Shown: positions 51,350 to 62,108, numbered from the stretch's first letter. The stretch: DNA of 64,000 nt from a bacterium (GCA_044869275.1 JBIOXB010000048.1:1-64000), one strand, 5' to 3'. Notes: generated from the sequence alone by a model not told the origin. A program made the numbers and translations.

Positions 51350-52312
51350 TTAGGCCGTTATGCGAATCGAAGCGCGGTACTTCTTCATCAACTCCGCCGC
51401 GATGCGATGCGGCGAAAGCCGCTGGTCGTTGAAATTCATCAAACTGTCGTGCAAGAGGCGCCGGGCTTCTTCGTCCCAGAATTCTTGCTTGAGCTGCCGG
51501 CTCACCAGGGCGCGCACGGTTTTTTCGAGGCGGTCGCGGCGCTTGGCTGACAGGCGGCCGTCTTGTTCATTGAATGCGCGGTGGCTGCAAATTTTTTCCC
51601 ACAATTCCTCGAGGCCCTGGCCGTGCACCGCGATGGTGGAAAGCACGGGCGGAGGCCACGGCGCCGCCGGCCGCAAATGCAAGATCGCCTGCAACTCGCT
51701 CAGGGCGCGCGACGCGCCCTCGCGATCGGATTTATTCATGACAAAAATATCCGCAATCTCCATCAGGCCGGCCTTCATCGCCTGCACAGCATCCCCGCTT
51801 TCGGGCACGAGCACGACCACGACCGTGTCAGCGGCTTCGACGATATCCAATTCGGACTGGCCCACGCCCACGGTCTCATAAATGACGAAATCCTTGCCGA
51901 AGGCATCGAGCACGTCACCCGCCTCACGCGCTTTTTGCGACAGCCCGCCGAGCGAGCCGCGCGTGGCCATGCTGCGAATGAACACGCCGGCATCGGTGGC
52001 GAGATCGTTCATGCGCACGCGATCGCCCAGGAGCGCGCCGCCGGTAAATGGACTGGTGGGATCGACCGCAACAATGCCGGCGGTGAAGCCGTTCTTGCGC
52101 AGCAGCTTGGCCAGTTGATCCACCACCGAGGATTTGCCCGCGCCCGGCGGGCCGGTGATGCCAAGCCGGTAGGCGCGGCCGACCCGGGGATAAATGGCAT
52201 CCAAAAGCTCGGGCGCGCCGGGCGCCTCATTTTCAACGGCAGAGATAATTTTTGCCAAAGCCCGCCGCGAGCCGCTGGAGAACTGTTCGATCAGTTTATG
52301 ATTGAAGGGCAT
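51350..52312 (-). CDS. meaB: Mutase-associated GTPase chaperone
   Basis: [24 protein letters not shown] and ETVGVGQSE. Confidence 0.92.
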   Translation of the reverse strand: MPFNHKLIEQFSSGSRRALAKIISAVENEAPGAPELLDAIYPRVGRAYRLGITGPPGAGKSSVVDQLAKLLRKNGFTAGIVAVDPTSPFTGGALLGDRVRMNDLATDAGVFIRSMATRGSLGGLSQKAREAGDVLDAFGKDFVIYETVGVGQSELDIVEAADTVVVVLVPESGDAVQAMKAGLMEIADIFVMNKSDREGASRALSELQAILHLRPAAPWPPPVLSTIAVHGQGLEELWEKICSHRAFNEQDGRLSAKRRDRLEKTVRALVSRQLKQEFWDEEARRLLHDSLMNFNDQRLSPHRIAAELMKKYRASIRITA

Positions 52313-53198
52313 CTTGTTGTTGTTTTGCCGCTTTCACGTGTTCGGTGTGTTTCGTGGGAAGTGAGGCGACAGATTTGGCATCTGGTTTTTGCAATTCCCA
52401 CAACTTCGCATACTTGGCGAACACATATGCGGCGGACAATCGCGCCAGGATGAATCCCGCCATGCCATCCAGGAATCCCGTTTTCAAAACGTACATGCGC
52501 AGAAAAAACCAGGCGGGCCGCAGCCACAAATCCCACCAATGAAATCTCCGCCCTCCGCGTTGCAGCTCCTCTGCTGCCAGCGAAGTATAGCGATTGAATT
52601 TTTCGAAATAGTGCGCAAGATGAGGATCGGTGAAATGCAGCAAATGATTCTGCAAACGCCCGATCTTGCCCTGGATTTGCACGCCCTCATGCACGGCGCG
52701 GTCGTTGAAGCTGGCGTCTTCCCGCCGAAACAATCGCACAACATGGCCCGGATACCAGCCGCCGTACACGATCCATTTTCCCAGGAAATTCGCCAGCCGG
52801 GGAATTTCGTAACCTGCGCACGAAGGCCGTTGCGCCAGCATCCCGCAAATTTCGTCGCGCAATTCCGGCGTCACGCGCTCGTCGGCGTCGATCCACAACA
52901 CCCATTCACACTCGCATTGCGCCAGCGCAAAGTTTTTCGCCGGCGCATACCCTTGCCAGGGGCGCACAAAAGTCTTATCGGTGTATTCCCTGGCGAGCTC
53001 GGCGGTGCCATCGTCACTTTCCGCATCCACGATCACGATTTCTTGCACCCAATTCAACGAGGCCAGGCACTCGGGCAGATTGTGCGCTTCGTTTTTGGTG
53101 ATGATGATGGCCGAGAGCCTCGGGGCCTCTTGATCCTCTTTCGTTTCCGGAGAGGAGAGTACCGCCGGCACTGGCTTGTCGAGAGTGAAAGTGCTCAT
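52296..53198 (-). CDS. Glycosyltransferase family 2 (WaaE/KdtX-like, LPS)
   Basis: IITKNE, IDADE, VHE and GFLDG; ATG at 53198 overlaps the upstream stop. Confidence 0.88.
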   Translation of the reverse strand: MSTFTLDKPVPAVLSSPETKEDQEAPRLSAIIITKNEAHNLPECLASLNWVQEIVIVDAESDDGTAELAREYTDKTFVRPWQGYAPAKNFALAQCECEWVLWIDADERVTPELRDEICGMLAQRPSCAGYEIPRLANFLGKWIVYGGWYPGHVVRLFRREDASFNDRAVHEGVQIQGKIGRLQNHLLHFTDPHLAHYFEKFNRYTSLAAEELQRGGRRFHWWDLWLRPAWFFLRMYVLKTGFLDGMAGFILARLSAAYVFAKYAKLWELQKPDAKSVASLPTKHTEHVKAAKQQQDALQS

Positions 53199-53551
53199 CG
53201 GGAAGCAACGTTTGCGCGTGCTGATGCCTTGCCGCGGCGCTTTGCGCGTTTCGAGTTTTCCGCGAGCTTTTGTTGCAGCCAACGATTGACCAGTGTTTCG
53301 CAAGAGATGCCGCGTTGCCGCGCGACTTTCGCAATCTTTCCCGCCAGTTCCTCTTCCAGCCGGAGACTTTGGGGCGCGGGAGCGACGGCCACGTTTTTGA
53401 CTTCGCGAAACTCTTCAAGATAGTCTGTCAAATCGTGTGTGTCCCAAAACTCCGCCGCCGCTTCCATGCTTTTGAATTGATCAGGAATCACGTCGCGAGC
53501 CTTGGACTTGACATTTTTTCTGGCTCGAATTTCAGCGTTTGACTTTTGCAT
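53195..53551 (-). CDS. CopG/BrnA-type antitoxin (orphan)
   Basis: IP.F.S.E.AAEFWDTHDLTDY and a C-terminal RHH-like segment, ARQRGISCETLVNRWL. Confidence 0.75.
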   Translation of the reverse strand: MQKSNAEIRARKNVKSKARDVIPDQFKSMEAAAEFWDTHDLTDYLEEFREVKNVAVAPAPQSLRLEEELAGKIAKVARQRGISCETLVNRWLQQKLAENSKRAKRRGKASARANVASR

Positions 53552-53576
53552 AATACTTGCGCTCACTTTTGGCATT
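53532..53576 (-). pseudogene. C-terminal remnant of a BrnT-like toxin
   Basis: An alternate frame reads NAKSERKYYAKVKR*, overlapping the antitoxin ATG as in brnT-brnA pairs. Confidence 0.45.
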
Positions 53577-54772
53577 CACACCACCATTTCAAACGTTGAT
53601 GCCGGCGTTGCAGCAACCCGCCTCGATTCTGTGCTGCTCATCGCATGTATTTTCTGCACCGCCGCGACGATCCATTCCGGCTTGAATTCCGTCACACAAA
53701 TCGGGCCATGGGGCATGTCACAGACCTTTTTCCAGCACGGCGCGCAGGGCAAGTCGCGAATGATTTTCACGCCGCGATCGTACAAATCGATCTCCGCCGC
53801 GCAAGAAAGCCCGAACCACGCGACCACGTGCTTTTTCAATGCGATCGCGAGATGCATGCCCAGCGAATCGCCGCTGACCACGAGGTCCGCGAGGTTCTCC
53901 AAAATCATGCCCTCGCGCAAACCCAGGGTGGTCGGAGTGGGAATGGCGAAGCTGCCCGTTAGTTCGGCGAGGCGTTGATTGCGTTCCGTATCTTCGCGGC
54001 CGCCGAGCAAAATGAATTTTGCCTGCGGGTAGATTTCAGCAAGCTGCCGGATGGCAGCAGCCTGGGTTTCGATTTCGAGCTTCTTCAGCGAAAAAAGCTG
54101 CGAACAGCCGGTGTTGAAACCGATCACCCAATCTGCTTTTGACAAACCCAGCTCGCGGCGCCAGCGCTCGCCCTTGGCCCGTTCCGCTTCGGTCACCTGC
54201 AAAATATATTCGTCACGGCGATAATCGATTTCCCAGGCTTCCCCGAGCATGTCGTTGCCGCTGCGGCGATTGACGCGAAATTTGAAGTGATCGTCTACGC
54301 CCAGGCGATAGAGGTATTCCGCTCCCGCATTCAACGGAATAATCGCGCCGTTGGCGTTCAAGCCAAAGCCGCGCTTGCTTTCCGCGTTCACGAGATTCAT
54401 GAACCCCGCGGCGGGACGGCTTTTGTCGGCATTGAGCGCGATTTCAAAACGCTGTTGCAGCAGCACCATGCGGTTTTCATCATTCCATTCCACAAGATGA
54501 TCGATGAGCAAATTGTTTTGCAGCAGCGCCAGCGCATTGCCGCGCGTGATCCAGGTGATGTGGCTGTCGGGGCAGGCATGTTTGATCGCCGGCAATTGCG
54601 CCGTGGTCGCGAGCACCGTGCCCAGCGCGTCGAGGTTGACGATCAAAATGCGCGTGCCCATGGGAACGCGATCCTGGCAGCCTTCACATAATTTGAATGG
54701 CACGCAGGGCTTGTAGCCGGTAAACAGACGGCAATCCGGAACGAGGGTTTTGGGTTGATAAGATTGTTTCAT
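53576..54772 (-). CDS. Glycosyltransferase family 9 (heptosyltransferase-like) with N-terminal Cys motif
   Basis: DCRLFTGYKPC..C, ALGTV, GDSLGMHLAIAL, FG and CAPC. Confidence 0.87.
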   Translation of the reverse strand: MKQSYQPKTLVPDCRLFTGYKPCVPFKLCEGCQDRVPMGTRILIVNLDALGTVLATTAQLPAIKHACPDSHITWITRGNALALLQNNLLIDHLVEWNDENRMVLLQQRFEIALNADKSRPAAGFMNLVNAESKRGFGLNANGAIIPLNAGAEYLYRLGVDDHFKFRVNRRSGNDMLGEAWEIDYRRDEYILQVTEAERAKGERWRRELGLSKADWVIGFNTGCSQLFSLKKLEIETQAAAIRQLAEIYPQAKFILLGGREDTERNQRLAELTGSFAIPTPTTLGLREGMILENLADLVVSGDSLGMHLAIALKKHVVAWFGLSCAAEIDLYDRGVKIIRDLPCAPCWKKVCDMPHGPICVTEFKPEWIVAAVQKIHAMSSTESRRVAATPASTFEMVV

Positions 54773-54845
54773 AACGATTGAATTTTGCCACGAAACTTAA
54801 AGATTCGGGCTTTGAAGTGCAAGGGGAAAGTGGGTGTTTGGCCCG

Positions 54846-54916
54846 TGGATGGTGGATGATAGATCGTGGGTAGAAGATAGATGATCGATGATCGATGATC
54901 GAGGATCGAGGATCGC
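54846..54916. repeat. Heptamer tandem repeat (GATCGAT/GATCGAG-like)
   Basis: GATAGAT GATCGAT GATCGAT GATCGAG GATCGAG GATCGC. Confidence 0.75.
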
Positions 54917-55025
54917 AAACCTGAATACACTGCACACCGTTATGTTGAAATCTGTATTTAGAAAAAAGAGATTGTTTTGCATACAAATCTCGTGTATCCT
55001 TTTGCAGGATTTTATGGAGAAAATC

Positions 55026-55994
55026 ATGCTACCGGAGCTCCGCGTTTTGCCGCTGCCCACGCCGTTTCCCGTGGGGCCGGTGAATGTTTATCTGGCCGAA
55101 GGCGAACCGTTGACGTTGATCGATACCGGCCCAAAGTACGAAGCCTCGCGGCAAGCGTTGCAAGCGGGATTGGCGTTGCACGGTTATCGGTTCGATGATT
55201 TGCAGCAGATCGTATTGACGCATCATCATGTCGATCATATCGGTTTGGCCGCAAAAATTGTGGCGCGCTCGGGCGCAAAAATTTTGACGCACTCCTATAA
55301 TTTGCCCTGGCTCGAGAATTTTACAGAAAGATTCGACACCGACGCCGGCTTTTATCGCCGGTTTTATGAAGCGAATGGTGTGCCCCCGGAGACCATCGCC
55401 GCGATCGCCCGGGTTCGCAGCGACATTTCGCTGTTCGTCGATCCGTGCGGAGGTCGCGTCGACATTCTCGCAGAAGGAATGAAAATATTTTTGGCGAAAC
55501 GAGATTGGGAAGTCTTCCACACACCCGGGCACGCCGGCGGGCTGATTTGTTTGTGGGAAAAGGAAAGCCGGACGCTGCTCTGCAATGATCACTTGCTGCG
55601 TGACGTTTCGTCCAATGCGATCCTGGAGCCGCCGGCTGTTGCGCATCAACCGCGGCCGAAAAGACTGGTGGAATATCTGCATCACTTGCGCCGAATGGCC
55701 GAGCTAGATCCGCAACTGGCTTTGCCCGGGCACGGAGAAGCGATTTCAAATTTTCGCAGCCTGGTGCACGAGCGCGTCAATTTTCATCATCTCCGCGCGC
55801 AACAGATCTATGAAATGCTAACCGAGCGCCCGCGCACACTGTGGGAAATGACGCAAGCGATGTTTCCGACTTTGCGCCAAGGCATGGATTGGTTTTTGGG
55901 GCTGTCGGAAGTGCAGGGGCATTTGGATTGGCTGGAGCAGGAGGAGAAAATCAAAATGATTCAAAATCGATTTGTGGAATGGCAACGCATGTAG
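55026..55994 (+). CDS. MBL-fold metallo-hydrolase
   Basis: LIDTG, THHHVDHIG, TPGH and PGHG. Confidence 0.88.
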   Translation: MLPELRVLPLPTPFPVGPVNVYLAEGEPLTLIDTGPKYEASRQALQAGLALHGYRFDDLQQIVLTHHHVDHIGLAAKIVARSGAKILTHSYNLPWLENFTERFDTDAGFYRRFYEANGVPPETIAAIARVRSDISLFVDPCGGRVDILAEGMKIFLAKRDWEVFHTPGHAGGLICLWEKESRTLLCNDHLLRDVSSNAILEPPAVAHQPRPKRLVEYLHHLRRMAELDPQLALPGHGEAISNFRSLVHERVNFHHLRAQQIYEMLTERPRTLWEMTQAMFPTLRQGMDWFLGLSEVQGHLDWLEQEEKIKMIQNRFVEWQRM

Positions 55995-56142
55995 CTATTT
56001 TTGTCTCGTATTCTGCGACAGCCTGATTCGCCGCAATGACAGTGAGCTTCCAAGCTCGTAATAAAAAAATTATGCCTGAAAGCATTTGCTGTGAACACTA
56101 ACTAAGGTAATCGTTTCTCATTTAGAGCATGGGAGTCACTCC

Positions 56143-56637
56143 ATGGATTACCGCTTCTGCCCGATGTGCGGGCATGCTCTGGAGTTGCCGCCGAATGGAA
56201 GAAAGGATAAGCCGCGATGTCTACACTGTAACTTTGTTCACTACAATAACCCAAGAGCCTGCGTCAGCGCCATCATTCATCGCCAAAATGAAATTCTCTT
56301 CGTGCAGCGCGCGCACGAGCCGTTCAAGCATTATTGGGATTTTCCTGGAGGGTTTTTGGAAGCGGGAGAATCACCGGAAGCGGGCCTGCGGCGCGAGGTG
56401 CGGGAGGAGTTGCAGATTGAGATCAATATCTTAAAGTTATGGAAGGCTTATGCGGATACTTATGGGCCGGAGAATACGCCCTTGGTGATTATTTATTATG
56501 TTTGTACACCAGGAGAAGGCATGATTCACCAGCAAGAGGAAATTGCGGACGTGCGTTGGTTTACATTAAACAAACCTCCAGAGAAGCTGGCTTTCAACCA
56601 TATTCCTTCTGTGTTATCAGATTTGAGAAAGCAGTGA
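56143..56637 (+). CDS. NUDIX hydrolase with N-terminal zinc ribbon
   Basis: CPMCG..CLHC and PGGFLEAGESPEAGLRREVREE. Confidence 0.88.
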   Translation: MDYRFCPMCGHALELPPNGRKDKPRCLHCNFVHYNNPRACVSAIIHRQNEILFVQRAHEPFKHYWDFPGGFLEAGESPEAGLRREVREELQIEINILKLWKAYADTYGPENTPLVIIYYVCTPGEGMIHQQEEIADVRWFTLNKPPEKLAFNHIPSVLSDLRKQ

Positions 56638-56755
56638 GCATCACGCGGCAGAAAGCTAGAATGTTTTGGTCCCAATTTTAACTGCTGCAGAGTGGCAAAA
56701 ATCAGAGTAGTGTCATGCTTGAAGGTAAAGGTGAGATCGAAAACATCAGAATCGT

Positions 56756-58246
56756 TTATCGGCGAGCTTGTGAAAAAACCTCGGGCTTCAAAGATTCGAA
56801 ACCGGTATTTTCGTCGAACTTGCCAGAGCTGGGTGAGCCAGATTGGAAGCTGTTCTGGTTTTGTGAGGCGGTAGATGCCCGTTTTGACAGAAAGACTTGT
56901 TGAGATTGCTTTTTGGAGTGCTCGTGAAGCTCAACGAAAACTTTGCAAACTCTCTCCACCTGCTCATTTGAAAGTTTTGCATGCATAGGTAAACAAAGAA
57001 CCTGATCGGCCAAAGTTTCGCTGTGAAGCAATGTTATATCATCAAAGTTACGGTAGGCTCTGGTTTTGTGCAAAATGGGATAAAAATACCTTTTGTACTC
57101 GATATTTTCCTCCGCAAGCCGATGACAGGCTTTTGCAGTATCTATCCCGGCTTGATCGGAATCAATTCGAATCGCAAAATTACAGTAATTCATCTCGCTT
57201 TCTTCGACCTCTGCTTGGCATGAGACCCCGGAAAGATTTTGCAGTCCCAGTTTGTAAAGTTCCGCCAAGTCGTGGCGTCTCGCAATATTTGAATCCATCT
57301 TCTCGAGTGCCTTGAGCGCCAAGACGGCATGCACTTCGCTCAACTTGCCGTTATAACCATAAAAAGGGCAGTCACTTCGATCCGGCGAATAACCGTAGTT
57401 GCGCATGCAAACAATTTGATCTGCCAACAAGTCGTTATTCGTTGCAATAAAACCGCCCTCGCCGGCGCTGACGATTTTAGTTACACTCATGCTAAAGACC
57501 TCTGCGTCGCCGCGAGAGCCGAGATATTGGCCCTGGTATTTTGAGCCCATGGCCGGCGCTGAATCAAAGAATAGTTTGATCTTTTCCTTTTTAGCTAAAT
57601 TTTCTAATTGTGCAATTCTGCAGGGGTTGCCAAAAATATTGACGGCTAAAATGGCGGAAGTACGATCATTGATCTTGGCAAGGAGATCTTCTAAAGAAAT
57701 AGTGAAGGTTAAAGGATCAATATCGACAAAGCGCGGGATTAGGTTTGCATGAATAACGGCATGTGCCGTGGCGGGAAAGGTGAAGCTCGGCAACAACACT
57801 TCCGACTGTTGCGGCAAAGTTGATAAAAGTACTTGCAAGCCAGTGGTGGCATTGGGAACAGTTAGAATGTGCCGGACGCCAAGTTTCTGCTGAAGCCTAT
57901 GCTCCAGCAGTTGTGAGTATTTCCCAAAATTTGAAAGTTGACCGGATTGTAATATCTCGTTGAGATCGTTTTGAATTTCTGATATATTTTCGCAGATTAC
58001 GGGATAAGAGAATCTGACTTTTTCCGGCTGCCCCTCTTTTCCATTTGCCGGCTTTCTGCAAGCAAGGGAATCGCTTAACTCAGATTTGTGGCCATTGGCA
58101 AACACATCTTTGGAGGCGATTGGATACCGTAACGTTGGTTCGCATCCATTTGTAGACTTGTCTCCGGATGCGAAAGATTCCAAGAGCCCGGCTTCATGTC
58201 CATTTGTATCTGCAGCGATTTTCATACGGAGACTCCGTCTCGACAA
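56756..58246 (-). CDS. DegT/DnrJ/EryC1/StrS PLP aminotransferase with terminal extensions
   Basis: NATTGL, PSFTFPAT, FDSA, FSMSVTK (PLP Lys), GEGG and RNYG; start uncertain. Confidence 0.87.
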   Translation of the reverse strand: MSRRSLRMKIAADTNGHEAGLLESFASGDKSTNGCEPTLRYPIASKDVFANGHKSELSDSLACRKPANGKEGQPEKVRFSYPVICENISEIQNDLNEILQSGQLSNFGKYSQLLEHRLQQKLGVRHILTVPNATTGLQVLLSTLPQQSEVLLPSFTFPATAHAVIHANLIPRFVDIDPLTFTISLEDLLAKINDRTSAILAVNIFGNPCRIAQLENLAKKEKIKLFFDSAPAMGSKYQGQYLGSRGDAEVFSMSVTKIVSAGEGGFIATNNDLLADQIVCMRNYGYSPDRSDCPFYGYNGKLSEVHAVLALKALEKMDSNIARRHDLAELYKLGLQNLSGVSCQAEVEESEMNYCNFAIRIDSDQAGIDTAKACHRLAEENIEYKRYFYPILHKTRAYRNFDDITLLHSETLADQVLCLPMHAKLSNEQVERVCKVFVELHEHSKKQSQQVFLSKRASTASQNQNSFQSGSPSSGKFDENTGFESLKPEVFSQARR

Positions 58247-58429
58247 AAATTTTCTACTCGATCCTTCGAGCCCACCAATTAGAAAACAAACTATTTCTGG
58301 CGTATTATTCTAGCCGCGGTCATGCGAAAGTGCAGAAAATCTGCAAAAATGACAATACATTCAAGCGGCAAAAAGGATTTTGGCAGATAATGACAGATCG
58401 TTTACATTATAAAAACTTCCTTGCAGAAG

Positions 58430-61400
58430 ATGACCATGTACAACGCGACAGATAATGTTTTGCCACAAACACCGTCTCATCCCGGCTTGAGATTGGCCAG
58501 GCGTTTTGGCGATCTGGTGGCGAAAAGCGCCGACTTGCCTGACATTCTCCAAAAGTTGGTCGATGACGTCGTGGAGCACTTGGGGTTCGAGATTTGCGCG
58601 GTGATCTTGCGTGACGAGGAGAATCCACGCCGGTTGTACATGGCGGCGGCTCACGGGCTGAGCGACGCGCACCAAAAACTATTCAACTTGACCATGGGAG
58701 AAGGCATCACCGGCCGCGTCGTTGCAACCGGGGAGTTACAAATCGTGCCGGATATCCGCAGCGAGCCCGCCTATCGCTATCCTGGCATTGCAGCCGTGGA
58801 GCGCTTGTGTGCCATGGCCAGCATTCCATTGCAGCATCAAAAAAGCGTCCTGGGGGCGCTCAATATCTACTCAAGCCAGGCGCACGTCTTTAGCGAAGAC
58901 GAAATCAATCTCCTGATTATTCTGTCAGACTGGACCGCATTCGCCCTGCACCACGCCGAGAAGCGCGAGGCCAAAGAACAGCGGCAAAGGAAATTGATCG
59001 AAGAGATCATCCTGCAGACGCAATCCTTTCACGTGTTGGACAAAATGATCGCGTGGGTTTTGCAAAAGAGCGCGGAGTTGGTGCGCGGCGATCGGGGCTA
59101 TATCGCCTTTGTCGATTACGAGAAAAAGCGCTTTTTCCCTGTGTTCGCGCACCAGCGCAAGGTGGCCAACATTCTGCGCTTGCGCATCGGCTCGCCCCAC
59201 GAAGGCATTGCCGGTTCCGTGGTGCGGCGTGGACAGGGCGAGATCATCGACGAGGTGAATGCCGATGCTCGCGTCAAAATAAAGGGAGATCGTCACATCC
59301 AATCAAAGGTGCTGGTCCCCTTGCGCTATCAGAATCAAGTCATTGGCCTCATCAGCATCGACTCCAGGTGCAAAGCGCATTTTCACGAGCAGGACCAAAG
59401 AAACTTGGAAGTACTGGCCGGACATCTGGCTTCGATTTTTCAAAAACAGAAGCTCGATCAGGCGTTTCAAGCGCTGGGCCAGGCGTTTCGCACGATTCAT
59501 GATCTCAATGAAATTTATAGTACCGTGGTGCGCTGTGGGGCGGATTTTGTAGGCACGAACGCCGTGGCGCTCTGGGAAAAGGACGGCAACGGCGGTTTCG
59601 TTTTGCGCGCCTGCGTGGGATTCGAAAAATTCAAGGCAAGAAAACTCAAAATCGCGTCAGACAAGGGTATTATCAGCCAGGTGATCGCGCTGCAAGACGT
59701 GGCCGTGATTGAAAACGTGAGCGCGAACAAAGAATATGTGTATCCGGAAATGCTCGCACACGTACGGCCCAAATGGCTGGTGTGCATCCCCATTTTTTTC
59801 GGCAACGAAGTTTTCGCCGTGCTGGATGTTTATTCCCGCCGGCCGCACACCTTTTTCGAGCAGGAGATCAATTATTTGAAGGCCCTGGCGTTGCAAGCCG
59901 GCGTGGCGATTCAAAACGCCAAGCTCATCGATCATTTCAACCGCATCGGCCAGAGTATTACTTCGTCCCTGGACATTAAGACGATTTTGGCAAACATCGC
60001 GCGCAGTGCCCTGGAAGTGCTGTTTGCCGATCCGGTGACCTTATTCCAATATGATCAAACGACGGGCCGCCTGCTGCCACCGCCGATTTACGCCGGCGAA
60101 TTGCTGGAGAGAAAAGACTACGTCGAAACTTTCGTCTTTACCGGCCATTCCTTTGCGGAGCTGATCATCAAGAACGGTGAAACCCTTTATCTCGAAAGCG
60201 ACATCGATCTTCACCCTTTAATGGTAGAAGTGAAAAGGCACGAGCATGCGGGCATGGCCCCGACCCGGTTCCACGAGCGCGAGCGCATCAAGTCGATGGC
60301 GGCACTCGTGTTGAGAGTCGAAAACGAAACCGTCGGCTTGATGTTTTTGAACTATCGCACGCGGCAGGAGTTTTCAAATATTGAAAAAAAGATCATGGAG
60401 ACTTTTGCTTCCCACGCCGCCATCGCCATAAAAAACTCGCGCCTCATCGAACAATTGCGCAAGAAGGAAGCGTTTCTGCAGAACGTCGTCACCGGAGTGC
60501 CGGACCCGATCATTGTCACCGAGAATAAATTTGAAAACGGGGCACGGTGGTGGCGCATTGCCATGGCGAACCAGGCAGCGCACGAAATGTTCGGCTACGA
60601 TTTCGCAGCCCAAGAGCTGCTGGGCAAAAACGCCCGCACGCTGTTCGGCGAGCAATTGCCGCGTTTGCGGGAGGCGTTATATGAAAACGACGGCGAAGTC
60701 GCGGACTTCGAAACCTCCTTTCTTCATAAAAACGGGCTCCCGATTCCGATCAGCTTATCGACTTCCGTGCTGCAAAGAAACGAGCGCCATCGCATTCTCC
60801 AGACCATCAGCATCGGAAAAAACTTGACCAATCGCAAGGCTTTGGAAAAACAGCTCGATCATTTGAACCGCGCCACCATTGCGTTGTTGGGCGCACGCAC
60901 GCTGGAGCAAGCCTATGACGCCATCTTCGAAAATTTGCGCCAGATCGGTTATGACAAAGGCATGATCGCTTTGGTGGATGAAGTCTCGCGCAACCTCGTC
61001 GCGAAAAGAGCCGTGGGCGAAAAATGGAAAAAATTTATGGGGGCCGCCAACATCGAATTAGACAACAATCAGATTTTGGCGCAAGTGGTCAGAAAAGGGG
61101 AACATGTACTCGTGGAAGACTGCGGCAACGATCCGCGTTGCGACGTTGCGCTCACACGCCTTGCCGCGGTCAGGTCGCTCTACGTCACGCCGTTGATCGC
61201 GCAGAACAAGGTCATCGGCGCGCTGCAAATTGATCTTTCCGACCGGCAAGACTTGCTCAAGGGCGACAAATACTTTCTGGCGGAAAGCCTGAAAATTCTC
61301 TCCGGCTTCGCCAATCAAATCGCCGTGGCGATCGAGGCCGACCACCACAAGATCACCATCGACAAGCTGCGGCTCAAGCTCGCCGACGTCGGCCACGAAT

Positions 61401-62104
61401 TTCGCTCGCCGTTGCACATCATCATCGCGCAGCTCGGCGGCTTGAACTATCATCTCGCAAAAAAACAGAGTGAAGATCCGCACATGGCAGCCACCTTGCG
61501 CATCATGGAGGAAGAAGCCTTTCGCGCCACCCGCCAAATGACGAACACGCTGTTTTCCACGGTGCAGTCTTTGGATGCCATGGGCATCAATCTGGAAAAG
61601 GGCTACATCAGCAGCACGATCAAGCTCTGCGCCAGCCGCTTTTTTGAAACCGCGGAAAAGCGGGGCATACGCCTGATCGTGTTCGACAGCATCAAAAAAC
61701 TGCCGCATCTGTATTATGATACAACCAAATTGGAGCAGGTCTTCACCAATCTGCTGGACAATGCGGTGAAGTATTCGCATTTCAACCAAAACATCGAGAT
61801 CAGGGGCCGGGAGGTGGGCAGGAAGATCGAGATTACGGTTATGGATCGCGGCCTGGGCATTCCGGAGAATCAATACGAACGCATTTTTCAAGGCTTCACG
61901 CGCAGCGAAATTTTGGACGGCACGCGCTACATTCCGGGAACCGGGCTCGGCCTCACCATCGCGCGAGAATTCATCGAACAACACAAAGGCAAAATCTGGG
62001 TCAAAAGCACGGCGTTCATGAAAGACCCGCGCAAGATTCGGAACTTCGAAGGCTACGAAACTACTTTCTTCGTACTTCTGCCGCTCAATCCCAAGGAGGT
62101 CTAG
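58430..62104 (+). CDS. Soluble multi-GAF/PAS sensor histidine kinase
   Basis: About 5 GAF repeats plus a PAS domain; H-box HEFRSPL, N-box NLLDNAVKY, DRGLGI and GTGLGL. Confidence 0.92.
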   Translation: MTMYNATDNVLPQTPSHPGLRLARRFGDLVAKSADLPDILQKLVDDVVEHLGFEICAVILRDEENPRRLYMAAAHGLSDAHQKLFNLTMGEGITGRVVATGELQIVPDIRSEPAYRYPGIAAVERLCAMASIPLQHQKSVLGALNIYSSQAHVFSEDEINLLIILSDWTAFALHHAEKREAKEQRQRKLIEEIILQTQSFHVLDKMIAWVLQKSAELVRGDRGYIAFVDYEKKRFFPVFAHQRKVANILRLRIGSPHEGIAGSVVRRGQGEIIDEVNADARVKIKGDRHIQSKVLVPLRYQNQVIGLISIDSRCKAHFHEQDQRNLEVLAGHLASIFQKQKLDQAFQALGQAFRTIHDLNEIYSTVVRCGADFVGTNAVALWEKDGNGGFVLRACVGFEKFKARKLKIASDKGIISQVIALQDVAVIENVSANKEYVYPEMLAHVRPKWLVCIPIFFGNEVFAVLDVYSRRPHTFFEQEINYLKALALQAGVAIQNAKLIDHFNRIGQSITSSLDIKTILANIARSALEVLFADPVTLFQYDQTTGRLLPPPIYAGELLERKDYVETFVFTGHSFAELIIKNGETLYLESDIDLHPLMVEVKRHEHAGMAPTRFHERERIKSMAALVLRVENETVGLMFLNYRTRQEFSNIEKKIMETFASHAAIAIKNSRLIEQLRKKEAFLQNVVTGVPDPIIVTENKFENGARWWRIAMANQAAHEMFGYDFAAQELLGKNARTLFGEQLPRLREALYENDGEVADFETSFLHKNGLPIPISLSTSVLQRNERHRILQTISIGKNLTNRKALEKQLDHLNRATIALLGARTLEQAYDAIFENLRQIGYDKGMIALVDEVSRNLVAKRAVGEKWKKFMGAANIELDNNQILAQVVRKGEHVLVEDCGNDPRCDVALTRLAAVRSLYVTPLIAQNKVIGALQIDLSDRQDLLKGDKYFLAESLKILSGFANQIAVAIEADHHKITIDKLRLKLADVGHEFRSPLHIIIAQLGGLNYHLAKKQSEDPHMAATLRIMEEEAFRATRQMTNTLFSTVQSLDAMGINLEKGYISSTIKLCASRFFETAEKRGIRLIVFDSIKKLPHLYYDTTKLEQVFTNLLDNAVKYSHFNQNIEIRGREVGRKIEITVMDRGLGIPENQYERIFQGFTRSEILDGTRYIPGTGLGLTIAREFIEQHKGKIWVKSTAFMKDPRKIRNFEGYETTFFVLLPLNPKEV

Positions 62105-62108
62105 GAAC

